A stretch of DNA of 64,000 bases, from contig CBDBHR010000030.1 in assembly GCA_965205865.1 (NCBI GenBank), forward strand, positions 1,280,001 through 1,344,000. The letters are read 5' to 3'. Shown here one piece after another: positions 20,978-32,922 of the stretch. A program made the translations under genes and the position numbers. Source of the stretch: a bacterium. Its GTDB lineage: Bacteria; SAR324; NAC60-12. The notes below the pieces were generated by a model. The model was not told the DNA's origin, searched no databases, and saw only the letters and a list, made by a program, of their open reading frames with translations. Within the stretch, counting starts at the first letter, position 1; every line of letters starts with the position of its first letter.

Positions 20978-22019
20978 GGTGGACACCGGCCCTTGGATGA
21001 TCGAGGATTATGTCTAGGACTCCTCATGGACTTATGGCAAGAATCCCGATTACTGGAAAACCGATGAAAAGTTTGGCAACAAAATCCCCTATGCGGACAC
21101 GTTCAAAATTCTGATCATCAAAGACAAAACCACCGAGCTGGCGGCTATGCGCTCTGGCAAGATTGATATCTTCAATGATCTGACCGACCAGCAGGTGGAA
21201 GCTCTGCAACGGTCGAATCCTGATATCGTAGTTGTCAGCAACCCCTTTGCTCATCGCTCTTGGCACTTGGACGTCAGTAAACCGCCTTTTGACAACCTTG
21301 ACGTCCGTCGGGCCATGCAGATGGCCATCAACCTCGAAGAAATCAACGAAACTTTCTATAAGGGTAAGGGAGACCCGACGCCTGTGGGCCAGTTTGGAGC
21401 CCGTCAGGAAGCCATGTTCCTTTACAAGGATTGGCCCGAATGGCTCAAGGATGGTTTTCGCTATAATCCGGAAGGGGCCAGGCAGCTTCTGGCGATTGCC
21501 GATTATCCCAATGGTTTCAAGACAACGATGAATTTCAGCGCAGATTTTGTCAAGCACGATCTCAACCTGGCAAGAATAGTGGCCGGCTACTGGAAGGACA
21601 TTGGGGTGGATGTTGAGATCAACAATGTCGAGCAGGCGGTCTTAACCGGGATGATCAATAAACACGAAGCGGGCCCGATGGCCAATTGGCTGACTGGGCA
21701 TCCTTATAACCCTGTGGGTATGGTGGGTGTGTGGGAACATTCCTCCTCTTGGTCACAGATTAACATCAAAGATTTCGCCATTGAATCCATGATAAAAGAT
21801 ATCAGGGAGATGAAAAATCAGGATGAGCAAAATGAGTTGTTACGATTTTTTGATCGGTATGGGATTGAGAAGTTCTGGGCCATCCTCACCCCGAAGTTTC
21901 CTGCTCACCACGCGCACAATCCCTGGATCCAAGGCTATCACGGTGAAGATACCCTGGGCGGGGGTAATGGACCTGGCGCAATCCACGCCAGAATCTGGGT
22001 AGACCCCAGCAAGAAATAG
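20978..22019 (+). pseudogene. 5'-truncated family-5 substrate-binding protein
   Basis: Begins at VDTGPWMIEDYV* (in-frame TAG) then KNPDYW...VRRAMQMAIN; no signal peptide or N-terminal half. Confidence 0.85.
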
Positions 22020-22222
22020 TCCTGGCCGTTCAACGAGAAAAAACATCCAGAGGCGGGCCAGCCCCCGCCTCCGGGTGCCTTGCGAACCCTAAATCCTTTA
22101 AAATCCCCCTAAATCCCGCTTCCCGAATACGGATCACGCTGACAGCCCTTTTTCAAAGGGGGACTCTTCCTAAGACACCTATGCCCATCAAGGGAGGGGA
22201 GAGTTTTTTTAAAAAGGATGTT

Positions 22223-23191
22223 GTGAACACCTACCTCATCAGAAGAATCTTACTGATCATTCCCACGCTCGTCATTGTATCGATCATCGTGTTTAGCCTG
22301 GTCCGTTTCATTCCCGGCGATCTCATCGACATGATGTTGGGTCAGAAATTTGGCGGCGGGCTCGATCAAACGGAGGAGCAACGCAAAGAGATCGAGAAGA
22401 TGCTGGGGCTGGATGTCCCGGCCCATGTCCAGTATTTACGGTGGGTAGGGGGCATTTTTCTCCGCGGTGACCTGGGCACCTCTCTCATTTCAGGTCTGCC
22501 CATTTGGGAAACCCAGATCCGCCCCCGCATTCCGGTAACCGCTGAGCTGACCCTCATGGCTTTGATCTTCTCCCTGCTCATTGCCTTTCCCATCGGCACC
22601 TACTCGGCCATCCGCCAGGATACCCTGGGCGACTATGCCGGCCGTACCTTTTCCATCTTCTTTATCTCCATCCCGGAATTCTGGACCGCGACGATGATCA
22701 TGATCTATCTGCCCCTCTATTTCGGTTGGGCGCCCCCCATGCGGTATGTTTCCTTCCTCGAGGACCCCGGGACCAACCTGCTCATGTTCCTCTTCCCTGG
22801 CGTGGTTTTGGGCTTGGCGCTCTCCGGACAAGTGATGCGCATGATCCGCACCATGATGCTGGAGGTGCTCCGGTCGGACTATGTCCGCACCGCCTGGTCC
22901 AAAGGCTTGAGGGAGCGGGTAGTGGTCCTGCGGCATGTGCTGAAGAACGCGCTCATCCCGGTGGTCTCCCTGGTGGGGCTGCAACTCCCCTTCCTGCTGG
23001 GAGGGGCGATTATCACCGAGCAGATCTTTGTGCTGCCTTGCATCGGCCGTCTCGTCGTGAATTCCCTGCAAACCCGAAGTTACAACATTGTCACCGCGGT
23101 CAATCTGGTGATTGCGACGGCGGTCTTATTCATCAATCTCCTCGTCGATCTTTCCTATGCCTACCTCGATCCGAGAATTCGTTATAAATAG
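22223..23191 (+). CDS. ABC permease (OppB/DppB-like)
   Basis: MRMIRTMMLEVLRSDYVRTAWSKGL, LDPRIRYK; GTG start. Confidence 0.9.
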   Translation: MNTYLIRRILLIIPTLVIVSIIVFSLVRFIPGDLIDMMLGQKFGGGLDQTEEQRKEIEKMLGLDVPAHVQYLRWVGGIFLRGDLGTSLISGLPIWETQIRPRIPVTAELTLMALIFSLLIAFPIGTYSAIRQDTLGDYAGRTFSIFFISIPEFWTATMIMIYLPLYFGWAPPMRYVSFLEDPGTNLLMFLFPGVVLGLALSGQVMRMIRTMMLEVLRSDYVRTAWSKGLRERVVVLRHVLKNALIPVVSLVGLQLPFLLGGAIITEQIFVLPCIGRLVVNSLQTRSYNIVTAVNLVIATAVLFINLLVDLSYAYLDPRIRYK

Positions 23192-23200
23192 GAGAATCCC

Positions 23201-23653
23201 ATGAGTCCAACGGAAACCAGGATAGCGCCCCCTCGTTCGCCCCGAGCGACTTTCTTGAAGCGGCTGGTCAAGGAGAAACCCCTGGGGTTGATCGGAGCCA
23301 TCATTGTGCTGACGTTGCTCCTGGTGGGGATCTTTGCCGATTTTCTGATACCCTAAGATCCGAATAAAATGAATCTTCGCCAGATGCTGCAGCCTCCCTC
23401 CGCTGAGCACCTGCTGGGCACTGACCATCTGGGACAAGATTTGTTCAGCCGCCTAATTAAAGGCGCTCAAGTCTCCGCAATTGTGGGCATCGCAGGAACG
23501 TCGATCAGCACCCTGGTCTCATTAATCATCGGTATCATTTCCGGCTACTTCGGCGGGAAGGCGGACATGGTGATCCAGCGCTTTGTCGATGCCTGGATCG
23601 CCTTTCCCATCCTCATTCTGATCTCGGTGATGGCTCTGGTGGGAACCAGGTAG
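23201..23653 (+). pseudogene. OppC/DppC-like permease with nonsense codon and 3' truncation
   Basis: ATG 23201, RLVKEKPLG, in-frame TAA ~23354, HLLGTDHLG, ends abruptly. Confidence 0.85.
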
Positions 23654-23699
23654 CGGCTAATGTCCTGCAGAGCCGAAAGGCTGGAGGCACAGGATACGT

Positions 23700-24317
23700 A
23701 GAACTGGCTGAGGCCGCTGGGGTCGATGCCACTGGCTGGAGTTGGTCCGCACAGTTCGGAGACCTGGACAATGACGGATTCCTCGACCTCTACGTCGTCA
23801 ATGGCATGATTGCTTCTCAACTCTTCGGACACTTATCCGGAGACGAACTGAAGGAAGCAAACCAGGCCCTGCGCAACGATGGAACGGACCGGTTTGCGCA
23901 GTTTCGGAATGGGGACTGGGAGCCACCGAGAGTGGACGGGGGATGAGTCTGGCGGACCTGGACAACGATGGGGATTTAGAGGTGGTGGTCAACAACCTGG
24001 CCAAACCCGCCCAGCTGTATGAGAATCGGCTCTGTGGAGGGGCAGCGCTGGAAGTAAAACTGCATTGGGAAAGCTCCCCGAATCGCCGGGCCATTGGAGC
24101 GGAATTACGTTTGCGCACCCCAAATGGGATATTGCATCGCGAGATGCGCGCCAGCAGCGGTTATCTCTCCAGTGATCCGGCCCGTGTCCACTTTGGGTTT
24201 GGCCAACGAACCGATAAGGCCCCCTTTCAGCTCGAAGTGATCTGGCCCGATGGCCGGATATCCCGCATCGACCGCCCCTCCCCGGGGACCCTGCTCACAG
24301 TGAAGCGCGCGCCTTGA
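23700..24317 (+). pseudogene. ASPIC/UnbV + FG-GAP (CRTAC1-like) protein C-terminal fragment
   Basis: DLDNDGDLEVVVNN, NRRAIGA, SSGYLSS...VHFGFG, EVIWPDG; upstream frameshifts. Confidence 0.8.
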
Positions 24318-24329
24318 TAAAATTGAGAG

Positions 24330-24773
24330 TTATATAGGACTCAGTCTCGCTTGTTGAGCAAACGATTCGACAAAGGTTTGACTTCCTAAAGCCAAGGCTT
24401 TCGTCCAACGTTCTTGGCGTTGAAACGGTTGATGCAATGCTTTTCGAATGAGAGCTTCATGATTTTGTTGAAATTCCTCCAAAGACCTCATCCCAGTCAA
24501 CTCCAACACTGCTTTGATATCCACAAAACGGTATCGCCAGGGTGGGGAATGGAATTCAGAATACCCTCCATAGTCCCAGTCCTGAGGATGATTCACCACT
24601 CCTGCTCGAACCCTATTCAGATCGATATAAACCATACATCGCATGAGATGCGCTCCGCTTTCCGCAGCCGTTTCATGGTAGCAGTCTTCCCAAAAGGCAC
24701 CATGGCTATTTTTCCGTTGGTTATAGCCTTGTGCGGTTTGTCCGGCAATTAATTGTAAGAAGCTGTTTGGCAA
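24330..24773 (-). pseudogene. REP-associated tyrosine transposase (RAYT/Y1) fragment, family A
   Basis: YNQRK...GAFWED.Y, YIDLNRVRAGVV.HPQDW. Confidence 0.82.
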
Positions 24774-24818
24774 ATAAAATGCTTGTTTCCTAGATTTTCA
24801 CGTTTTTAAAGGAGATTT

Positions 24819-25595
24819 ATGTATCCAAGCGATTTAAGCGATCTGGAATGGTCTCAGGTTGAACATTTTTTGAACGTTCCGACCCCCGGGAGGCCAAAAG
24901 TATTCATAGCAAACATAGCATCGTCAATGCGATTTTGTATGTCCTGAAAACGGGTTGTCAGTGGAGCATGCTTGCCCATGATTTTCCTCCCTGGCAAAGC
25001 GTTTACGATCATTATCGCCGTTGGAAAAAACGATGGATTGTGGAGCGAACATTCGCTTTTTGGTTCATGCCGAAGATGGACCGCAATATATCTTTTTATA
25101 GCTGACCTCCATTGTTGCGCAATTCTCCTGATCCAAACTTGCTATAGGCTTTGCGCCACGTAGTAGTACTAAAATCATGCCTTGTTGTTTTAGGGAAGGA
25201 GAGGACTTCCGCTCGTTTGATTCAAAATTAGCTGTGGAAGGGTTCCCGCTTGATCGATTGAACAATACCCTGGAGGATGTGAAAATGATGTATCCTTCAC
25301 GGGAATCTTTTTTCAACGTTATTGAACTGAACGGCTTCTGACTGTCCCCGGATTTGAGCAGATTTATTGATTTTTTAAATTTTTTTGCGAATCCCGCATT
25401 GATTTTTTAAATTTTTTTGCGAATCCCGCATTTATTTTACATTAGGGGGTTGACATTGCGTTGTTGTGCTAGGATCATGGCTTTAATAAGTTGTTTTAGT
25501 GAATGAGAGGGTTCCCGATCGATTGAACAATATCTTGGGAGGACTTGAAAACGATCGATCTTCCTCAGGAATCTTTTTTAAACGATATTTAACTA
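24819..25595 (+). mobile_element. Internally deleted IS5 (IS427-group) derivative plus long non-coding tail (repeat family F)
   Basis: MYPSDLSD.EW...KTGCQW..L.HDFPPW..VY..YRRW joined directly to RWIVERTFA; homologous to 30123-30568 and inverted 62520-63105. Confidence 0.78.
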
Positions 25596-27729
25596 GTGCC
25601 TGACAGAAAAATACAATTTTACTAATAGAAGGTGTAGAACTCGCGAGAACAGCCATTCTTGAACAAGCCATATTTTAGATAGCTGAAGCAATTTTTCTTT
25701 GAGATCCCCACTTTTTTGTTAATCCTCTTTTTTTGGGCACTCGCCCCCCCCCTCTCCCGGCCTCCCCTCTTATTTTAGAATGGGGAGTCGTCCTTTGGTT
25801 CAGGCCGCTTTTTTGTAGGGTCCTCGTTTACGACGCTGCCGTTCTTTTTGCTGTTCACGCAGGACGGTGCCGAGACGGTGGATGTTTTTTGCAGGCACAG
25901 CCAGAGCGACATAGCGTTCGAAACCCTGGATTCCATGATCAGGACATTGATCGAGTCCGTGTGCTTCCAGAGCGTTGATGGCGGATTCGACCGCAGAGTG
26001 TTTGCGGCGCAGGAGTTTGAATTCCCGGGAATCTTCTCTCTGCCGGTCTGCATGGCTCAGCCTGCCTTTTTTGGGAAGCGCGACAAGATCCGGCAGTGCT
26101 TTGAGTTCACGCTGATTCTGTGGGCTGTGAGCGCCCTTGTCCCAACTCACGACCGCAAGCTCGGGAAAGCGTTTTTTGGTTTCTTCGACGATTTCCACGG
26201 CCACCTTCTCATCGGTCTGCCTGCGCATCACCTGATGGTGAAGGATGAATTGATGCTGGTCCTCGATGATGTTGACCCTGAGTCCGAGTTCCACCGGCAC
26301 TCCCGCCTTGCCCTTGCTGATCCACTCGGTGTGGGGCTGGAAGATGGAGAAGATTTTTTCATGATGAGGGATGGTTTCGTTGAAGTGCGCCCTGCGGATG
26401 ATTTGGCTCATGAGTTTTTTGCAGAGCCCATGTACTCCCGCAAGCGCAGCAGTTTCAAGGGGGAGCGCACCCGTTTTTCCAAAAGTTCCAGGCGCGTCTG
26501 GGCCCGCAGGTGATACGCTTGGGCCATGAGGAGGTATTTGAGATATTCCTTGCGCCTCTTTTCTTCGCGGGCACGCCTTATTTGCTGAGCTTTCGAAGTT
26601 GAGGTCCTGAGCTTTTGGATGAGACGATACTGCTTTTTGAACTGCCAGATGTTGTTCCTGTATTGTCGCCAGCCAGCCAGCTGGCAGCTCCGTGAAAGCC
26701 TGGCGCATTCTTCAATCGTCTTGCGTATGGCGTCGAAGAGCAGGTTGACGTCGGTCGGATAATGCGCATTGGTTTCAACCACAAAGGAGTCGCAGCGTGC
26801 ACGTAGCGCCCTGCTTGAATCATGAAGTTCAACTTTCTTCTCTGTCCGAACTCGGGGTGGTCCATCTTTTTTGGCGTTTTTTTTACCAGTTCATGTCCGG
26901 CTTTGACTACCAACTGATTGATTTCATCGAGAATCTCAGGCGTGAAAAGGCGCAGGTTATCCTTGATCGTCTGCCGGTTGTACGTCGTTTTGTCCTCCCC
27001 GGCAAAGGACCTCCCGACCTCCATGTCCGAGCATCTGCCGGATGCTGTCGTGATGGTTGGCCAACTCATGGATGCGGTCGTAATCGCTGTTGAGACCCGG
27101 GCGCAGTACGCCAAGCGCCAGAATCTTCCACTGCTCCATCCCGGGACGCCCAAGACGGGGGTCCGCTTTGCGATGCCTGTCTTCGTTGCTCAGGCCCGGA
27201 CCGCTTCGCGAGGGGATGACCCGTTCCGGAACCTTGAATACCGATGCGCGTAATGCTGGTGTGGCGTATATGTATTGCAAACCGCGAAGGATAGGGGGGA
27301 TGTCATCACAAGACTTGAGATCCAACTCGATGGCGGCAACGTCGACTTCGCCGAACTTCATCTGGGGGTCACGTATGGTGCGCATAAAATTTCAAATCTT
27401 GAAGATTTACGGAAAAACGAAAGAAACCAGTCAGAAGATACTGTAACTGCAACGATTGACCCCCTCATGCGAGATGACGCGCACTCGGGTTTTTTTCTTC
27501 GCGTCATAAATATCAGTTTATCATCTTGATATAATTAATGAAAGACTTTACATGATATTTAATGGTATTCACCTATTTTTAAGAAACGAAGATTTTGGGG
27601 AAACTCATCAAAAATCCCATTTTTTTTTGATTTTGGCCATCTGAGCAATGCATCAAACCAATCTTCATCCTGTGAAATTGAAGAATTGTCATTTAATATC
27701 AGCAACTTGAGTATTTTTCGGCCAAGCAC
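25596..27729 (-). mobile_element. IS5/ISNCY-type element with frameshifted transposase (25800-27385)
   Basis: TIR-like gtgcctgacagaaaaatac / gtgcttggccgaaaaatac flanked by TA; DSFVVETNAHYPTD, KGKAGVPVELG, HSAVESAINAL spread over three frames. Confidence 0.82.
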
Positions 27730-27946
27730 TATATATTTGAACTTTCGAGAGTTCAATATCCTTTCTGGATTCAATGCTACGAAAAATGCGTGCCAAAATC
27801 GAAGGAGTCTCTGAAGAAACCCGAATAGTTACTTTGAGGATCACGGGAAGATGATGGTTACATCTCGCAAAGTCGCAGTTGACCTGATAAAGTCGACTTT
27901 GGTATGAATTCAAAGAATAAACGTAAAAAATTCCAATTTCCTGAAT

Positions 27947-28180
27947 AACCTGAGTTCGACATAAATCTTCAATAATATTAGTATCCTAGTGTATATGTCA
28001 TCCTCGCGAAACTTGTCCCCGCGAAAGCGGGGAGCGAGGATCCGGATTTCAGTCTGGCTGCATACCTCTGGATTCCTTCCCCGTGTACGCGGGGATCTCG
28101 CAGGAATGACAAGGTTTCTCTAAGATATGAAAACTCCATAACATATTGAATTTATTAAATTCTTATCTAGAACTCAGATT
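27947..28180. mobile_element. 234-bp MITE (family M) copy 1
   Basis: TIR aacctgagttcga, 4-bp TSD GAAT, internal REP-like hairpin. Confidence 0.88.
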
Positions 28181-28206
28181 GAATATGAAAATCAAGGAGG
28201 CTCGAC

Positions 28207-28810
28207 ATGAAAATCAAAAGAATCAAAACAACCACTTTCGTATTGGCAATTGGCGCGCTGATTGCGTTTCTTCCCGCCTGTGAGCGGATTTCGCAAATTC
28301 TACAACCCGCCAATGCCAGCAAGGAAAGCCTTGGTGGAGAGATTTCCATCGGCGTCGTCATACCTGTGACGGGGCGACTCGCCTCCTCGTTTGGCAGACC
28401 AATGGGACAAGGTTTGGAACTGGCACCCGATGAGATCAACAACACACGCTTCGACGATGCCTGATCGAGTTCGTCACCGTGGATGACCGCAGCAGCGTGG
28501 AGGGTGCCGTGGAAGCCTTCAATAAACTGATTCATCAAGTGGGCGTCTCCGTTGTCTTCGGTCCCGCGACTTCAACCGAGACCACAGAGGCTTTCCCGGT
28601 TGCGCAAGAAAATCAGATCGTGGCTGTCATCCCGACGTCCGCCGCCCGTGGCCTCAGCGCGATTGGTGATTTTGTCTTTCGCGTCGCTCTCGCTACGGAC
28701 GTGCTCATTACCAGCGGTATCGAGGCGACTCACGCCAAGCTGGACTATCAACGGGTGGCTACCATATATGATGAAAGCGATCATTTTTCCACGGATAGCG
28801 ACGAGGCCTT
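28207..28810 (+). pseudogene. Branched-chain amino acid-type SBP lipoprotein, nonsense + truncated
   Basis: Lipobox-like LPAC, IGVVIPVTG, in-frame TGA 28462, DDRSS, VFRVA. Confidence 0.82.
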
Positions 28811-28923
28811 GAGTTTTGTCGATTCAGGCATCAATGCGCTCGGTCAAGTGAAGGGGCAATCAAAACGGATCTTATTCTCTTTGAAAAATTGATTGATAGA
28901 ATTTAACGTAACACTATTTAATC

Positions 28924-29157
28924 AACCTGAGTTCGACATAAATCTTCAATAATATGAGTATCCTAGTGTATATGTCATCCTCGCGAAACTTGTTCCCGCG
29001 AAAGCGGGGAGCGGGGATCCGGATTTCAGTCTGGCTGCATACCTCTGGATTCCTTCCCCGCGTACGCGGGGATCTCGCAAGAATGACAAGGTTTCTCTAA
29101 GATATGAAGATTCCATAACATATTGAATTTATTAAATTCTTATCTCGAACTCAGGTT
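28924..29157. mobile_element. 234-bp MITE (family M) copy 2
   Basis: TIR aacctgagttcga...tcgaactcaggtt, 4-bp TSD AATC. Confidence 0.9.
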
Positions 29158-29248
29158 AATCACCTAATCAAAGGCCTGACCCCCTTTCTGGCGTATAAGA
29201 ACAACCCTTGATGAAAGGCCCGCCCCCGCCATCCGTTGCAGCAGGTTA

Positions 29249-29701
29249 TTAGGCGATTCTATTTTTCAATATGCCTTGATCTAACTCAAGCGTATAGGAC
29301 AAGATGGTGTCGATATTAAGTTTGTCAGAGGCTCTGAGTATTTCTATTCCAGCCAGCTTTCCGTCATCAGCCATATCAATATTAACACCCTCTGTAATCT
29401 CTATGACGCCGTCTGGTTCCTGGTCACCAAACTTTAAATACAAAGCATCGATTTCTTCATCATAATGGACTTTCATTTTTTTCTTCCTTATCTTGAGGGG
29501 ATAATAGGTAATCACAGTCATAGTATTGTTTTCAACGGAAACAACGAGTTTGAGTGGGTATTTAAGACCGACCCCATTTCTGATTATCTCATGCTCGCCA
29601 TCGGTCAACTCCATCTCTTTGAGGATGTCTTTAACAGTAGATTCCTGTAATTTATAGAGCTTCGCTCTTCGTTTTGCATGTCGGGAGAGCTTTATTGTCA
29701 A
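29249..29701 (-). CDS. DUF4258-like toxin fused in frame to DUF2283 antitoxin-like domain
   Basis: SRHAKRR...VITYYP then MKVHYDEEIDALYLKF...GIEIL; junction at an A7 run. Confidence 0.75.
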   Translation of the reverse strand: MTIKLSRHAKRRAKLYKLQESTVKDILKEMELTDGEHEIIRNGVGLKYPLKLVVSVENNTMTVITYYPLKIRKKKMKVHYDEEIDALYLKFGDQEPDGVIEITEGVNIDMADDGKLAGIEILRASDKLNIDTILSYTLELDQGILKNRIA

Positions 29702-29716
29702 TTTACGATTCTCTGA

Positions 29717-29845
29717 TCACGAGATTGAATTGGGTTTTTGATTTTGAACAGAGGATAATTCTTCTTCAAGCTCTTCTTCAGTATAATTGAGAGAGGCAAT
29801 CCCTCGTCGTTTTAAAAGATCGAGTAAGTCAATCCGTTCATCTCT
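29717..29845 (-). pseudogene. UPF0175-like protein C-terminal remnant
   Basis: RIDLLDLLKRRGIASLNYTEEELEEEL*. Confidence 0.5.
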
Positions 29846-30122
29846 AATCTGATGATATCCTCAACTATAATCAAGGCGCCCAATAATTTTATGCCCCTCC
29901 GGTTAGGATGTCAAACTTCCAAATTCAATCTGTTCAAAATAAGTCATAACCAGAAATGAGTATGTGTTTTCAAGAGGACCACAAAACGCTAACCGGGCAC
30001 AGAAGACACACCGAAATGTCACTTTTTTTCGTGCTGCTTGCCCTCCATCCTCATCCCTCTGATGTCCCCTCCGGACCCCGGAAATCATGCCCAAAACCAG
30101 AGAGCGTCGCAGCGTCATTATT

Positions 30123-30568
30123 TTTTGGCTCATGCCGATGATGGACCGCTATAGATTTTTTATTGATGACCTCCATTGTTGCGCAATCCCCCTGATTCTG
30201 ACTTGCTAAAGGAATTTTTTTAATCTTCCGCATTTGTTCTCCAATAACTTCTTTTACTCTATCCATATCATATAGGAACGGATCTCGCTGATTTATTGCG
30301 ATGCATGGGTTTAATACCTCTTTTTTAAAACGCAAAAGTCGAGCCTGAGTGAGAGGGTTTGCCCCGTGGATTTTTATTTTTTTAAATTTTTTTGCGAATT
30401 CTGCATTTTTTTTCATTTGGGGTTTGACGCTGCGTTGTAGCGCTAAAATCATGCCATCAGTAAGTTGTTTTAAGGAAGGAGAGGGTTCCCGCCCGATCGA
30501 TTGAACAATATCGTGGAAGGACTTGAAAACGATCGATCCTCCCCTGGAATCTTTTTTAAACGATATTT
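30123..30568. repeat. Repeat family F partial copy
   Basis: Matches ~25057-25590 and the reverse complement of ~62520-63000. Confidence 0.75.
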
Positions 30569-30786
30569 AACCTGAGTTCGACATAAATCTTCAATAATAT
30601 GAGTATTCTAGTGTATATGTCATCCTCGCGAAACTTGTCCCCGCGAAAGCGGGGAGCGGGGATCCGGATTTCAGTCTGGCTGCATACCTCCGGATTCCTG
30701 CTTTCGCAGGAATGATAAGGTTTCTCTAAGATATGAAGATTCCATAACATATTGAATTTATTAAATTCTTATCTCGAACTCAGGTT
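30569..30786. mobile_element. 218-bp MITE (family M) copy 3, nested in the family F end
   Basis: TIR aacctgagttcga, TSD ATTT; empty site gatatttaactagt seen at 25584-25597. Confidence 0.9.
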
Positions 30787-30795
30787 ATTTAACTA

Positions 30796-30999
30796 GTACT
30801 TGGCCGAAAATTAGATAACTACATGATATTTAATGGTATTCACCTATTTTCAAGAAACGAAGATTTTGGGAAACTCATCAAAAATTCCATTTTTTGTTGA
30901 TTTTTGCCATCTGAACACTGTATCAAACAAATCTTCATCCCGTGAAATTGAAGAAATATCATTTAATATCAGCAATTTGAGTATTTTTCTGCCAAGCAC
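30796..30999. mobile_element. 204-bp MITE with IS5-like ends
   Basis: gtacttggccgaaaa ... ttttctgccaagcac flanked by TA; body matches ~27548-27729. Confidence 0.8.
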
Positions 31000-31029
31000 T
31001 AATTAGTAATTTATTTGACCGACCCGTCG

Positions 31030-32237
31030 CTCCTTACGCACGCGGCACGGGTTCACGGGAGCTGGTGTTCTCCTACACGATGGCGGATGCCGATAGCTCG
31101 CCTGCGGGGATAGAAGCAGTAGGCAACAGCCTGCTACTCAAGGGCGGCAGCATCCAGAGTGTGGTGACCGGGCCGGATGCCGTTGTGCTGTTTACAGAGA
31201 GAGAAATCCCGACCGGCAGCGCTCTGCAGACGATCCAGCAGTCGGAGGACTCGGCCGCTCCGTTCAGCGCGCGCGTGGAATCGCTCCCGGCGGGGAAAGA
31301 CGGCACGACGCCGTTCTGCTTTGAGCTGCACTTCAGCGAGGAGCCCGGAGATCTGAGCTACAGGACGGTCGGCAGCGATCTGCTATCGGTCACCGGCGCG
31401 CGGCGGCTCGATCCCCCGAGCAACCGTGGTTGGGAGGTGCGCGCCAAGCCGACGCATAGCGGCGACATCACCATCGTGCTCCCCATTCGCGCGTGCGACG
31501 ATGCGAACGCGGTCTGCACGGCCAACGGCCGGCCGCTGCCGCAGAGCGTGGCCACGCTGGTGCCGGGGAAGCCGTTCACAGCGTATTTTGCTCAGGCGCC
31601 GGACGAGTACGACGGGGAGACGCCGATCGAGGTCGAGTTCCGTCTCAACCTGGAGCCGGACGGGCTGAGCTACAAGACTGTGCGGGACGCGCTGTTCGAG
31701 GTGACGGGCGGCAACATCGCGGGCGCCGGCCGTTTGGAGAAGGGCGGCGACCGGGGATGGGGGTTGCGGGCGCCGCCGCCGGGCCTCAGCGACGTCACGC
31801 TGGCGGTGAAAGCGACGACGTCGTGCGACAACTCGCCCGAGGTGTGCGTTCCCGACAGGCGGATGCTCGCGGGGGTCCTGCGGACGATCATCGCGGGTCC
31901 GGCGGAGCTCTCGGTGGCGGACACGTAGGCCGAGGAAGGTCCGGAGGCGACGCTCGAGTTCGTGGCGAGCTTGAGCAGGCAGCGCCTCGCCACGACGACG
32001 GTGGACTATGCGACCGCGGATAGCAGCGCGAAGGTGGGTTCGGACTACACGGCGGCCTCGGGCACGCTCACCTTCGGGCCGCTGGTGACCAGCCGGACCG
32101 TCTCGGTGGCGATGCTCGACGAGGGCCATGGCGAGGGCAGTGAGACGTTGACGCTGACGCTCTCGAACACGGTCGGAGCTGGCGAAGCTGGCGGCGCTGG
32201 CGGACTGGCTTCAGGACGAGGAGTGGGAGAAGGATGA
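31030..32237 (+). pseudogene. Internal fragment of a large GC-rich surface protein (Ig-like repeats + Calx-beta domain)
   Basis: Two F..F..EP..LSY.TV...L..VTG repeats; LSVAD* then TVDYATAD.SA..GSDY.AASGTLTF; no start or signal. Confidence 0.78.
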
Positions 32238-32428
32238 GAATAGAGATAAGCGCTACGAGTTTGTTAATCACACCTCCGCGATGGGTCTAGAGCCTGTGCA
32301 TGTGAGATACTGCGTATTAACTCGTTTCAACGCTATGGTTCAGTCATTTAGAATGCCCAGAAATTTTTTCGATGATGAGAGGAAAAGAGTGCTCATGCTC
32401 TTCTCACAAAAATTGGCAAATAACACGA

Positions 32429-32922
32429 CTACGGATAGACATAGACCGCTATCAGATGTCCTTCGGGGTCTCTGATGAAGATAGTATCGCCATCGTTATT
32501 CCAGATCGGATTTCGACTTCCCCAAAAGATCTCACCCTCAGTATTCTTGCCGAAACCTGTCCTTAGTGTCACCTGAGCCCTGGCAGGCATCGTAAATTTG
32601 GGAAAGAGGTAGGGATGGTTGGAAGCATCCGTAACCGTCCACCCTGTCATGTCTATGGGAATCTCACTCTGATTTTCGATCACAATAAATTCGTCATTTA
32701 AGTTTTGTCTTTCATTTCCCTCGGCATCCGCATGGACGGTGGCAATTGCGATAGATCTCTCCGCCACTTTCTCCCAGATTCCTCTACCTGCTGTTCGCGC
32801 CTCTTCCTGCGCCTGGCGTAATCGTTCACCGTACTTCGCTGCTACGCGAAAGTAGATGTGGGCATGACCTTGGCGGACCAGTGCTTCATTCACAAAGGTC
32901 TCATTCACAAAGACATAGGCTA
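32429..32922 (-). pseudogene. Thermonuclease (SNase) + lamin-tail-domain protein, 5' truncated by IS
   Basis: LAYVFVNETFVNEALVRQGHA...EARTAGRGIW; LNDEFIVIEN...GWTVTD...IWNNDGD. Confidence 0.85.

Noticed and set aside
27947-29157. MITE-flanked composite transposon carrying the SBP pseudogene
   Set aside because: Each MITE has its own distinct TSD, indicating independent insertions.
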